64,000 nucleotides of DNA from an uncultured Pseudomonadota bacterium. Lineage in GTDB: Bacteria; Pseudomonadota; Gammaproteobacteria; Steroidobacterales; Steroidobacteraceae. Shown piece after piece: positions 7,030 to 15,517 of the stretch. The position numbers and the translations under genes were made by a program. The stretch spans positions 8,712 through 72,711 of the forward strand of contig CAJACZ010000063.1 in the NCBI GenBank assembly GCA_903938365.1, given 5' to 3'. Position 1 is the stretch's first letter. Each line of letters opens with the position of its first letter. The notes beneath the pieces are model-generated. The model saw nothing but the letters and a program-made list of their open reading frames with translations. It was not told the origin of the DNA and ran no database searches.

Positions 7030-9516
7030 TCAGAACTTGTAGCTGCCGGTGATGCCGAACTGCCGCGGCTTCGGCAGCGTCACGGCGAAGCCGCGGGTCG
7101 AAACACCCGCCGGCCCCGGGATGCCCCGCGAGTCGATATAGCGCAGGACGTCCAGACCGGTGTCGTCGTCGTTGAGGTTCTTGCCCCAGGCGAAGACGCT
7201 CCAGTTGTCCGACTCGATGCCGATGCGCGCATTGACGTACATGCGGTCGCCGGTCTCGACCAGGTTGTGGATCTGGGCGAACTTCGAACCCTCGTACACC
7301 ACGTCGCTGCCGAGCGTGAGGGCCATGCCGTTGGCCAGGGGGTAGGAGTACTTGCCGACGATGAAGCCGTTCCATTCCGGCGCACGCGGCGTGCGCTTGC
7401 CGGCGACGCTGCCGAACTCGTTGTTGTCGAGGTCGCGGATGGCCTGGCAGGCCGCCGCGGTCGCGCAACCCGTCGGGTTGGTGGGGCTCACCGGAGTGAA
7501 GACCGCTGCCGGCCGGTTGCTGTACAGGTCGGCCTGGTCGACGTTCACGTAGTTCTTGATCCTGGCGTCCACGTAGGCGGCGCCGAACCCGATGTCGAAG
7601 CGCTCGGTGATGCGCGCGTTGAGCTCGACCTCCACGCCCTTCGACTGCGTCTTGCCGACGTTGTCGATGTAGGAGTTGACGATGACCTGGCCCGCGGCAT
7701 TCAGGCCCGCGATGTTCTGCGTCAGCTGCTGGTTGCTCAGTTCCGTGTCGAACAGCGTCACCGTGAGGAAGGCCCGGTTGTCGAGCAGGTTGAGCTTCGT
7801 GCCCAGTTCGACGTTGACCGATTCCTCTTCATTGTAGGCGAGGCCCTTGCCGATGGCCGCCAGCAGCGACTGGACCGTGGGCGAGTTGAAGCCGCCCGGC
7901 TTGTTGCCCTCGGCATAGTTGGCGAAGAAGCTGAGGTCCGGGTTCGGCTTGTAGCGAAGGGTGAACCGCGGCTTGTCGCTGGTCCAGTTGCCGGTCAGCG
8001 GCGCTGAGGGGACGCGCGCGAGCCCGTTGGTCGGGTAGGAGAAGCTCAGCTGCGTCCGGTCTTCCTCGGCGTGGCGGAACTCGGCGGTGGCGGTCCAGCG
8101 CTCGTTCAAGTCGTACTCGATGCCGCCGAAGATCGCCTGGTTCTTGACGTCCTTGAGCGCGATGGCCGCCGCGCCGTTCGGGACGATCCGGCCGTCCGGA
8201 AACACCTTGTTTTCGACGGTGAAGTCGTCGCTCTGCTTGTAGTAGTAGGCGCCGAAGGTCCAGCGGAAAGCGCGATCCGAGGGTGAGCGGAAGCGCAGTT
8301 CCTGCGAGAAGTCGTTGCGGTTTTCCTCCTGCAGGCGCCAGAAGGAGCCGGCATTGCGGAACTGCCGGGTCAGATCGCCTGCGGCGCCCGCGGCCGGCGG
8401 GGGCAGGGCCACGGTGAAGCTGGGCGGCAGCGCGTCGAGGCCGATGAACGCGTCGTAGCCTGCGTAGCTGACGTCGATCTGGATGCCGTAGTCTTCGTAG
8501 CTCACGCCCGTCAAAGACGTGAATTCGTAGCCATCGCCGAAGTCGTACTTGACCGTCAGCGCACCCCGGGTGCGTTCGCGGCGAATGCCGGGCTCCGGGA
8601 ACAGGTCGGTGCGTTGCTGGACCGTCAACTGCTCGGTGGGCAGCACCTCACCGCAGTAGTAGCCGCGACTGCGGGGCAGGGCGGCGCTGCGCAGCTGGCA
8701 GTTGTTGAACTGGCGGCCCTGCAGGCCGATGGCGTTTGCGCCGTCCTTGTCTTCGCTGTAGGTCAGCATTCCCGTGACTTCGAGGCCGTCGACCGGGGTC
8801 CAGAGCAGCTTGAGCGTCGCGGCGTCGGTCTGCTCGGCGCCCAGGTCAGAGCGCTGGTCCAGCCGGTTGTCATAGAAGCCGCCGATTTCCGTGTGGCTGC
8901 CGGCGATGAAGTAGTACAGCTTGTCGTTGATGAGCGGGCCGGAAATATAGGCTGAGCCGTCCAGCTGCTCGAATTCGCCGTAGGTCAGGTTGACCTTGCC
9001 TTCGAATTCTTCCGTCGGTCGCCGGGTGACGTAGTTGATGGCGCCGGCGAAGGTCGAACGCCCGTACAGCGCTGCCTGCGGTCCCTTGATGACCTCGATG
9101 CGTTCGAGGTTGGCGGTCTCGGTGCTGATCGCGCCGCCCGACAGGAACACACCGTCGATGAAATAGGACGCGTTCGGCTCGCCGAGGATGTTCGACTGGC
9201 CACGGATGACGGGCCGTTCGCCGCTGATGCGACCGAAGGAGGACACGTTGGAGAAGCCCGGGGTGTAGAGCGCGAGATCGCGGGCGTCACGGATGGCGAG
9301 CTGCTCAATGCGCTCAGCCGAGACCGCGGTCACGGTGAGGGGCACGTCGATCAGTGTCTCGTCGCGCTTGCGGGCGCTGACCACGACTTCCTCGAGCGCG
9401 AGGCGGTCGTCTGCGCCCTGCGGGGAGCCCTGCGCCATGCCCGTCTGGGTGGCGATGATCATGGCAACCGCGGCGCTGACGGCACTGACGTTGCTGTTTG
9501 ACAACATGCGAGACAT
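7030..9516 (-). CDS. TonB-dependent outer-membrane receptor
   Basis: AGGAGG lies 8 nt upstream. It has a signal peptide (AVAMIIATQTGMAQG), a plug region (EEVVVSARKRDETLIDVPLTVTAVSAERI), a long barrel and a terminal aromatic (..GSYKF). Confidence 0.9.
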   Translation of the reverse strand: MSRMLSNSNVSAVSAAVAMIIATQTGMAQGSPQGADDRLALEEVVVSARKRDETLIDVPLTVTAVSAERIEQLAIRDARDLALYTPGFSNVSSFGRISGERPVIRGQSNILGEPNASYFIDGVFLSGGAISTETANLERIEVIKGPQAALYGRSTFAGAINYVTRRPTEEFEGKVNLTYGEFEQLDGSAYISGPLINDKLYYFIAGSHTEIGGFYDNRLDQRSDLGAEQTDAATLKLLWTPVDGLEVTGMLTYSEDKDGANAIGLQGRQFNNCQLRSAALPRSRGYYCGEVLPTEQLTVQQRTDLFPEPGIRRERTRGALTVKYDFGDGYEFTSLTGVSYEDYGIQIDVSYAGYDAFIGLDALPPSFTVALPPPAAGAAGDLTRQFRNAGSFWRLQEENRNDFSQELRFRSPSDRAFRWTFGAYYYKQSDDFTVENKVFPDGRIVPNGAAAIALKDVKNQAIFGGIEYDLNERWTATAEFRHAEEDRTQLSFSYPTNGLARVPSAPLTGNWTSDKPRFTLRYKPNPDLSFFANYAEGNKPGGFNSPTVQSLLAAIGKGLAYNEEESVNVELGTKLNLLDNRAFLTVTLFDTELSNQQLTQNIAGLNAAGQVIVNSYIDNVGKTQSKGVEVELNARITERFDIGFGAAYVDARIKNYVNVDQADLYSNRPAAVFTPVSPTNPTGCATAAACQAIRDLDNNEFGSVAGKRTPRAPEWNGFIVGKYSYPLANGMALTLGSDVVYEGSKFAQIHNLVETGDRMYVNARIGIESDNWSVFAWGKNLNDDDTGLDVLRYIDSRGIPGPAGVSTRGFAVTLPKPRQFGITGSYKF

Positions 9517-9663
9517 AAGAGACCCCTCCTGAATGTTTATGGGTGTAATGCTCTGTCGGGAGGCGTCCTGCCGTCAACCGAAAGGGCATCGTCTGGCCGT
9601 TCGTGTATCGCCGAGCCAACACCGGCCAGGTCACTAAAACGATATTGTGATTGAGAATCCAGC

Positions 9664-9687
9664 ATTCATCATGTCACTATAATGAAT
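9664..9687 (+). promoter_or_regulatory. palindrome ATTCAT-N12-ATGAAT enclosing a perfect TATAAT (9678-9683); candidate -10 element plus operator for the ubiD-like operon
   Basis: Read directly in the 211-bp AT-richer divergent region between the receptor gene (start 9516) and the ubiD-like gene (ATG 9728). There is no good -35 at 17 bp. Confidence 0.35.
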
Positions 9688-9727
9688 CGACGTCCAGCCA
9701 CCGGTTCCCGGACAATAGATTTCACCC

Positions 9728-11143
9728 ATGCGTGACCTGCGTGCTTTTCTTGCCGAACATCCGGGAGCCGTCTGGCAACTGCCCGAGCCCTTGTCGTTGC
9801 GGCATGAGCTCACGGCCCTGCAGCATGAGCTCGACAGGCGCCGGCTGTACCCGGTGCTGGTGGCGCGGGGACTCGAGGATCTCGAGGGGCGGCGCTCGGC
9901 GGTCGCGGTGGTGACCAACCTGACCGCGAGCCGCGAACTGACGGCGCGTGCACTGGGGATCCCCGACCATCGTCAGACGGCCAGCTGGTTCGCTTCCCGG
10001 ACGCGGGCGACGATCGAGCCCGTCGTGGTCAGTCGCGCGGAGGCCCCCGTGCAGCAGGTGGTGCTGCGTGGCCACGAGGCGAGCCTGCTGCAGCTGCCGG
10101 TGCTGACCCAGCACGAGCTGGAACCCGGGCCCTATCTGACCGCCGCCCATGCGACCACCTACGATCCGGACACCGGCGTGGACAACACCGCGATCCAGCG
10201 TTGCTGGGTCAAGGGCGCCCGGGCGATGACCTACTTTCCCTACCCGAGCAGCCACAACGCGCGGAATCTCCGCAAGTTCTGGAGTCGCGGCGAGGCCTGT
10301 CCCGTGGCTTTCTGGATCGGTCACCATCCGGCCGTGCTGCTCGGCACCCAGGCCAAGTTGCGCTATCCCGAGAGTCACTGGGGTGCGGCGGGTGGCGTGC
10401 TCGGCGAGCCGCTGCGCATGGTGCCGTCGGTGCTGCACGGCGAGAAGATCATGGTCCCGGCGGACGCCGAGATCGTCATCGAGGGTTTCGCGCCGCCCAA
10501 TGTCTACAGCGCCGATGGGCCGTTCGGCGAATACACGGGCTACCTCGGTGCCCAGGTGCAGGCGCCGACCTTCGAGGTGGGCTGCATCACGCGCCGCAGC
10601 GACGCGATCTACCACGATTACGGCTCCGGCCTGACCGACATGCTGGTGCCCGACAACATGGTGATGGAGGGCAAGCTGTTCGAACTCGTGCGCGCCGTAG
10701 CCCCGTCGCTGGTCAACGTCCATGTGCCGACCGAGGGGCGCCGCTTCCACGCCTACCTGCAGCTGCGCAACCCGGCGCGGGGCGAGGCGCGCGATGCCCT
10801 GATGGCGGCCCTGGCCTACCGTCGCGTGAAGACCGTGGTCGTGGTCGACGAGGATGTCGATCTCTTCTCCCAGGACTCCATGCTCTGGGCGATCGCGACC
10901 CGCGTGCAGTGGTCCCGCGACGCGATCATCGTCGACGGGCTGTCGGGTTCCACGCTCGATCCCTCGCTCCCCGAGGGCGCATCGACCGCCTCGAAGCTCG
11001 GGCTGGATGCGACGCTGCCGCCGGCGCCGCGCCCGGGCGCGCCGCGCGCCGTGCCGCCGGTTGCGACGGTCCCCGCTGCCGCCAGCGAGCGCGCCCGCGA
11101 GCTGCTCTCCCGTGGCATTCCCGATGCGTGGCCGACGGCATGA
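9728..11143 (+). CDS. UbiD-family (prFMN-dependent) decarboxylase/carboxylase
   Basis: 471 aa with UbiD-like blocks (RALGIPD.., GPYLTAAHATTYDPDTG, GPFGEYTGYLG). Confidence 0.9.
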   Translation: MRDLRAFLAEHPGAVWQLPEPLSLRHELTALQHELDRRRLYPVLVARGLEDLEGRRSAVAVVTNLTASRELTARALGIPDHRQTASWFASRTRATIEPVVVSRAEAPVQQVVLRGHEASLLQLPVLTQHELEPGPYLTAAHATTYDPDTGVDNTAIQRCWVKGARAMTYFPYPSSHNARNLRKFWSRGEACPVAFWIGHHPAVLLGTQAKLRYPESHWGAAGGVLGEPLRMVPSVLHGEKIMVPADAEIVIEGFAPPNVYSADGPFGEYTGYLGAQVQAPTFEVGCITRRSDAIYHDYGSGLTDMLVPDNMVMEGKLFELVRAVAPSLVNVHVPTEGRRFHAYLQLRNPARGEARDALMAALAYRRVKTVVVVDEDVDLFSQDSMLWAIATRVQWSRDAIIVDGLSGSTLDPSLPEGASTASKLGLDATLPPAPRPGAPRAVPPVATVPAAASERARELLSRGIPDAWPTA

Positions 11144-11352
11144 AGGCTGCAGGGATCATCCGTGAATCGGCGGGAGCGCACTGGGAAAAGCGCGGGAATG
11201 CCCTGTGGGTGTGCTGCCCGAGCTGCGACACCTGGTTTCCCGCGAGCCCGGCGATGCTGGCGGCCACTGCGCCGCCGTCCTGCTGCCCGGCATGCCACCA
11301 TGAATTCAACCTCACGGCGATCGAGCCGAAGACGACGACAAGGAGCAAGTGA
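11140..11352 (+). CDS. 70-aa zinc-ribbon protein (candidate small D-type subunit of the UbiD enzyme)
   Basis: It is buried in the long shadow ORF 10201..11352. ATG 11140 overlaps the UbiD stop (ATGA). It carries two CCPxC motifs (CCPSC, CCPAC) 19 residues apart. Its 3' end contains AGGAG, which serves the next gene. Confidence 0.6.
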   Translation: MKAAGIIRESAGAHWEKRGNALWVCCPSCDTWFPASPAMLAATAPPSCCPACHHEFNLTAIEPKTTTRSK

Positions 11353-12069
11353 ATGAGCAAGCTGATGGAACAGGCGGAATTTTTTGCGGCTCTCGAGGCA
11401 GCACGCCAGCCCAAGCATGGTGGCGGCCACGCCTTCAGCCGGGCCTGGGCGGCAGGCGAGCTCTCGCGCGCGCAGCTGGGCGACTGGGCGATCCAGCATT
11501 TTTATTACATTGACCCGATTCCCCAGCAGTTCGCGCAGCTCTATGCGCGCATGCCCGATCTCGATGCGCGCCAGCACCTGCTGGAGAACCTGCTCGGCGA
11601 GGAAATGCCAAATGCCCCCGGCAAGCGTCATCCTGACCTGCTGCGCAAGTTCGCCCGCTCCTGCGGCGTGTCGGACGAACGCATCCTGCGCGCCGAGCAG
11701 AATGACGAAGTGCTGCCGACCACCCGCGCCATGCGTTCGTGGATCTGGGAACTCTCCGGGATCCGCCCGCTGAGCGAGGCCTGCTCGGGAATCATGGTGG
11801 CGCTCGAGGGCCAGCTGCCTACGCTGTACCCGAAATACGTCGAGTCCATGCGCAAGATGGGCTTCACCGACGACGACCTGGAGTTCTTCCATGTGCACAT
11901 CGAGGGCGACACCGAGCACGCCCATATCGGGCTCGAACTGACGGACCGCTACGCCACTTCGCCCGAACTGCAGGAGCGTGCCATTGCGACGGTGCGCGCC
12001 TCGGCCGGGATGCGTTATGCGATGCTGGACGGCATCTACAATCGCGTGGTCCTGAAGCAGGCGGCCTGA
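11353..12069 (+). CDS. PqqC/TenA-like haem-oxygenase-fold (putative di-iron) redox protein
   Basis: 238 aa. PqqC-like N-terminus (QLGDWAIQHFYYIDPIP). Glu/His ligand-like blocks (LLENLLGEE, VALEGQL, HVHIEGDTEHAH). The ATG follows directly after the preceding stop. Confidence 0.75.
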   Translation: MSKLMEQAEFFAALEAARQPKHGGGHAFSRAWAAGELSRAQLGDWAIQHFYYIDPIPQQFAQLYARMPDLDARQHLLENLLGEEMPNAPGKRHPDLLRKFARSCGVSDERILRAEQNDEVLPTTRAMRSWIWELSGIRPLSEACSGIMVALEGQLPTLYPKYVESMRKMGFTDDDLEFFHVHIEGDTEHAHIGLELTDRYATSPELQERAIATVRASAGMRYAMLDGIYNRVVLKQAA

Positions 12070-12079
12070 GTCCCGCGCC

Positions 12080-12823
12080 TTGGCTCCTTCTGCGGCGTCG
12101 CCGTCATCCCCCGTCGCGCTGGTCACCGGCGCGGCGGGCGGACTGGGCCGTGCCGCGGTGGCGCTGTTGCGCTCCCGCGGCATGCGGGTGATGGCCACCG
12201 ACATCGCGCTTGCCGCGATTCCGTGCACCGACCCTGGGTTCGGCATGGCCAGCCTGGACGTGACGGACGAGGCGGCCATCAATGACTGCGTGGCCCGGGT
12301 CTGCAGCGAGTTCGGCAGGCTGGACCACGTGGTGCACCTGGCGGGCCGCGCCGGGTCCGGTCCGCTCGACGCCGTCACGCGCCAGCAGTGGGACGACGTC
12401 ATGGAGGTCAACCTGACCTCGGCTTTCCTGATTGCCCGGGCGGTGCACGCACCCCTGGCCCGCAGCCGCGGGTCGCTCGTCCTGACGTCCTCGACCAACG
12501 GCCTCAACGGCGGCAGCGCGCTGTCGGGACCCGCGTATGCCGTGGCCAAGGCGGGGCTGATCAACCTGACGCGGTACCTCGCCAGGGAATGGGCGCCCGA
12601 GGGCATCCGGGTCAACTGTCTCGCGCCGGGTCCCGTGGACACACCCATGGTCACCGGGCGGTTTGCGCCCGAGGTGCTGGCCCGGCTCGGCGCCAGCGTC
12701 CCGCTGGGCCGGATCGGCGAGCCTCGCCACATCGCCCACGCCATCGGGTACCTTACGAGCGCCGATGCTGAGTTCGTGACGGGCACGGTGATGAATCTCT
12801 CGGGCGGGCTGGTGATGGACTGA
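12080..12823 (+). CDS. short-chain dehydrogenase/reductase (SDR)
   Basis: VTGAAGGLG Rossmann motif and a YAVAK catalytic Tyr-x3-Lys. The TTG start at 12080 is uncertain. Confidence 0.85.
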   Translation: MAPSAASPSSPVALVTGAAGGLGRAAVALLRSRGMRVMATDIALAAIPCTDPGFGMASLDVTDEAAINDCVARVCSEFGRLDHVVHLAGRAGSGPLDAVTRQQWDDVMEVNLTSAFLIARAVHAPLARSRGSLVLTSSTNGLNGGSALSGPAYAVAKAGLINLTRYLAREWAPEGIRVNCLAPGPVDTPMVTGRFAPEVLARLGASVPLGRIGEPRHIAHAIGYLTSADAEFVTGTVMNLSGGLVMD

Positions 12824-12825
12824 AC

Positions 12826-13620
12826 ATGAACCGGAAGGGCACTGTGTCGCGGGTCCCGCGTGAGAGCAGCGCTAACCCGAACGGGGTGCGTTCGATCCGC
12901 TCGCCCCGCTATCACCAGGTCTACGTGACGCTGCGGACCTGGGTGCGCGACGGCACCTACCGTGCCGGCGACCAGATTCCTACCGAGCCCGAATTGTGCC
13001 GGATGTTTGACGTCTCGCGGATCACCGTTCGCAAGGCGATCGAGGAACTGGCGCGCGAGGGCTGGCTGCTGCGCCAGCAGGGCAAAGGCACTTTCGTCCA
13101 GTTGTCCTCGGCCCGCGCCGCGGCATCGATGGACCTCAACGAGGTCCGCAACCAGGTGGCGGGCTTCGCCGCCGCCACCGAAGTACTCGATTTCACCTGC
13201 AGCGAAATCGAACCCGACGAAGAGACCCGCGCGGCGCTGCAGCTTCCGGCGGGCAGTTTCGTGCAGCGCAGCTCGCACGTGCGCCAGTTCCGCGGCGTCC
13301 GTCTGGGTCTGATCACCACCTTCGTCCCGCTCGACGTGGCCGCGAGGATCGGCAGCAAGGAACTGGCGCAGCTGTCGATGTTCGAGTTGCTGAGCCAGGC
13401 GGGCGTCGAAGTGGGCGAGGCGGACCAGTTCATCGGCGCCACGCTGGCCGATGTCGAACCGGCCGGCGCGCTCGGCGTGGTGCTCGGCGCTCCGCTGCTT
13501 CGGCTGACGCGCATCGTCTTCGATACCGCGGGGCGCCCTGTAGAGCGCGTGATCGCCCTTTACCGCGCCGACGCCTACCAGTACCACATGCGGCTGAAGC
13601 GGCCCGACGCTACGGCCTGA
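12826..13620 (+). CDS. GntR-family (HutC/UTRA-type) transcriptional regulator
   Basis: Winged-HTH block (PTEPELCRMFDVSRITVRKAIEELAREGWLLRQQGKGTFV) plus a C-terminal effector domain of about 150 aa. Confidence 0.9.
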   Translation: MNRKGTVSRVPRESSANPNGVRSIRSPRYHQVYVTLRTWVRDGTYRAGDQIPTEPELCRMFDVSRITVRKAIEELAREGWLLRQQGKGTFVQLSSARAAASMDLNEVRNQVAGFAAATEVLDFTCSEIEPDEETRAALQLPAGSFVQRSSHVRQFRGVRLGLITTFVPLDVAARIGSKELAQLSMFELLSQAGVEVGEADQFIGATLADVEPAGALGVVLGAPLLRLTRIVFDTAGRPVERVIALYRADAYQYHMRLKRPDATA

Positions 13621-13647
13621 TCGAGATCCACCGCAGGAGCACGCCTC

Positions 13648-14523
13648 ATGACCCGATCCTCCGCCTTCCCGATCCTCGCCGCGCTGCTGCTTGCGCTGCT
13701 GTCGGGCCCCGCGCCCGCGGCCACCGGCACGTTCGATCTCGACGATCCCGCGCAGCGGCTGGAGGCCTACGTGCGGGTCAACGGCGACACCAGCGGCAAG
13801 GCGGTGCCGCAGTGGGCTTCGGGCATCGTCTATGCGCATGTGCCGGGCGAGAAGCCCCGCGCGCTGTTCGGGGTCGAGGTGCTGGGCATGGGCCGCTTCG
13901 AGAAGATCGAGGGCGGTTACCTGCGCCTGCACCGCGAGATCGGCTACTACACCGACCTCAAGACGGGCAAGGTGCTCGACCGCTGGTTCAACCCCTGGCT
14001 GCAGCGCGAGGTCGAGGTGGTGCCGATCCAGAACGACCCGGTCAACCGCCGCTTCACGGTCGCGGATTCCACGTTCAACGTGCAGGTTTCGGGTGAAGAC
14101 GTGGTCTTCTTCCGTGAAGTCCCGCTGCGCTACCCGAACCCCCTCGATCGCGCGAAGTATCCGCTGCACTCATCGGGCGATTTCTACGAAGCCATCGAGA
14201 TGTTCAACACCTTCGCCCGGCGCGAGGATCTCGCGAACCCGGCGTTGACTTCCGTGCCCAGCACCGGCAGCTGGACCCGGATGGGGCCGTGGCTGCCGTG
14301 GATGGAAATGGGTCTGCACCCGGGCTTCCTGCTCTACCACAGCCGCAGCCTGAAGCCGGTCGATGGCCTCGAAGGGGTGCCCCTGGCGCTGCGCGAGCGC
14401 ATCGCGCGTGACAACCCCAAGTACCTCGAGGCGCCGGCGAAGTTCACCTCTCCCGACGAGACCAGCTGGACATTCTTCAAGAAGCTCATCGACGAACGCC
14501 GCCGGAAGGCAGATGCACGCTGA
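13648..14523 (+). CDS. secreted hypothetical protein (possibly DUF1838-like)
   Basis: Clear signal peptide (AFPILAALLLALLSGPAPAA). No catalytic motif was recognised. The family assignment is from memory only. Confidence 0.65.
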   Translation: MTRSSAFPILAALLLALLSGPAPAATGTFDLDDPAQRLEAYVRVNGDTSGKAVPQWASGIVYAHVPGEKPRALFGVEVLGMGRFEKIEGGYLRLHREIGYYTDLKTGKVLDRWFNPWLQREVEVVPIQNDPVNRRFTVADSTFNVQVSGEDVVFFREVPLRYPNPLDRAKYPLHSSGDFYEAIEMFNTFARREDLANPALTSVPSTGSWTRMGPWLPWMEMGLHPGFLLYHSRSLKPVDGLEGVPLALRERIARDNPKYLEAPAKFTSPDETSWTFFKKLIDERRRKADAR

Positions 14524-15517
14524 GCGACCGACTCGCCCCCGCTTGATGCGCCTCTCCGGGCTCTGTCTTTTCGTCTGCCTGCTGGCCTGGTCTGCCTCGG
14601 CCAGCGCTAGCGCCAGCGCCGGCGACGGCGTCGAGCCTCGGGTCATGCCGCGCGACTGTCCGCACTGCCCCGAGCTGGTCCGCGTACCCGGGGGGCGGTT
14701 CCAGATGGGTTCGCTGGACGGCGAGCCCGGGCGCCCGGAAGGCCCGCCCCATGAAGTGCGCATCGCTCGCGCTTTTGCCTTGGGTCGCACCGAGGTCACG
14801 GTGGCCGAGTTCCGTTCTTTCGTCGCGGCCACGGGTTACGCGGTGGCCCCGGGTTGTCGGGTGCAGGGCAGCCGCTCGGCTGACGGCAGTCGCGTGGACT
14901 GGGTCAACGATGCGGCGAGAACCTGGCGTGATCCGGGCTTCGCCGGATCGCTCCGCGAGGATCAGCCCGTGGTCTGCGTCGGCCGCAGCGACGCGCTGGC
15001 CTACGTGGCCTGGCTCGCGCAGTCGAGCGGGCAGCCTTATCGGCTTCCGTCCGAGTCTGAATGGGAGTACGCGGCGCGCGCGGGCGGCGCGGGAGATTAC
15101 CCCTGGGGCAGCGATCCGGGCCAGGGTTGCGGGTTCGCCAACCTGTACGACCGCAGCAGCCGCAGGAGTTTCGACTTCGGCTGGGACTTTGCCGACTGCG
15201 AGGACGGCTTCGCCGAGCTCGCGCCCGTCGGCAGCCTTGCGCCCAACGCCTTCGGGTTGCACGACATGATCGGCAACGTCTGGGAGTGGACGCAGGATTG
15301 CTATCGACTGACCTACGACGCGGCGCCCGACGACGGCTCGCCGGTGCCGGGCGGCGCCGACTGCGACCGCTGGGCCGTGCGGGGTGGCAGCTGGATGACG
15401 CGACCTTCGCGCAACCGGCCTGCCTTCCGGGGGCGCGACCCGAACGACGCCCGCTACAGCTACTTCGGATTCCGTGTCGCGCGCGACCTCGCGGGCCCTG
15501 CGGCGGCTGACCGCTGA
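14513..15517 (+). CDS. formylglycine-generating-enzyme (FGE/SUMF1) fold protein, secreted
   Basis: The internal start ATG 14513 overlaps the preceding gene by 11 nt. It has a signal-like LSGLCLFVCLLAWSASA, and FGE-type blocks (RVPGGRFQMGS, LPSESEWEYAARAG, GLHDMIGNVWEWTQD, RGGSW). Confidence 0.85.
   Translation: MHAERPTRPRLMRLSGLCLFVCLLAWSASASASASAGDGVEPRVMPRDCPHCPELVRVPGGRFQMGSLDGEPGRPEGPPHEVRIARAFALGRTEVTVAEFRSFVAATGYAVAPGCRVQGSRSADGSRVDWVNDAARTWRDPGFAGSLREDQPVVCVGRSDALAYVAWLAQSSGQPYRLPSESEWEYAARAGGAGDYPWGSDPGQGCGFANLYDRSSRRSFDFGWDFADCEDGFAELAPVGSLAPNAFGLHDMIGNVWEWTQDCYRLTYDAAPDDGSPVPGGADCDRWAVRGGSWMTRPSRNRPAFRGRDPNDARYSYFGFRVARDLAGPAAADR

Noticed and set aside
9664-9690. Possible Fur box in the receptor/ubiD divergent region
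   Set aside because: Only ATAATGA (7 nt) matches the 19-bp Fur consensus GATAATGATAATCATTATC. The rest diverges, and the receptors look like substrate-uptake rather than siderophore types. It is kept only as a generic operator candidate.
9728-11143. Absence of ubiX next to the UbiD homolog as an anomaly in itself
   Set aside because: UbiX is commonly encoded elsewhere in the genome and shared among UbiD enzymes, so its absence from the window is not informative.
10816-14169. 1117-aa minus-strand ORF, the longest in the track
   Set aside because: It runs antisense across five plus-strand genes with clear domain signatures (UbiD, PqqC-like, SDR, GntR, secreted protein). Its product is Arg/Ala/Gly/Pro-rich with no recognisable motif. 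This is typical of a shadow ORF in high-GC DNA.
14593-14620. SASASASA-encoding short tandem repeat in the FGE-fold gene
   Set aside because: It lies at the end of the signal peptide and is a low-complexity Ala/Ser linker of only a few units. There is no evidence of a functional repeat.
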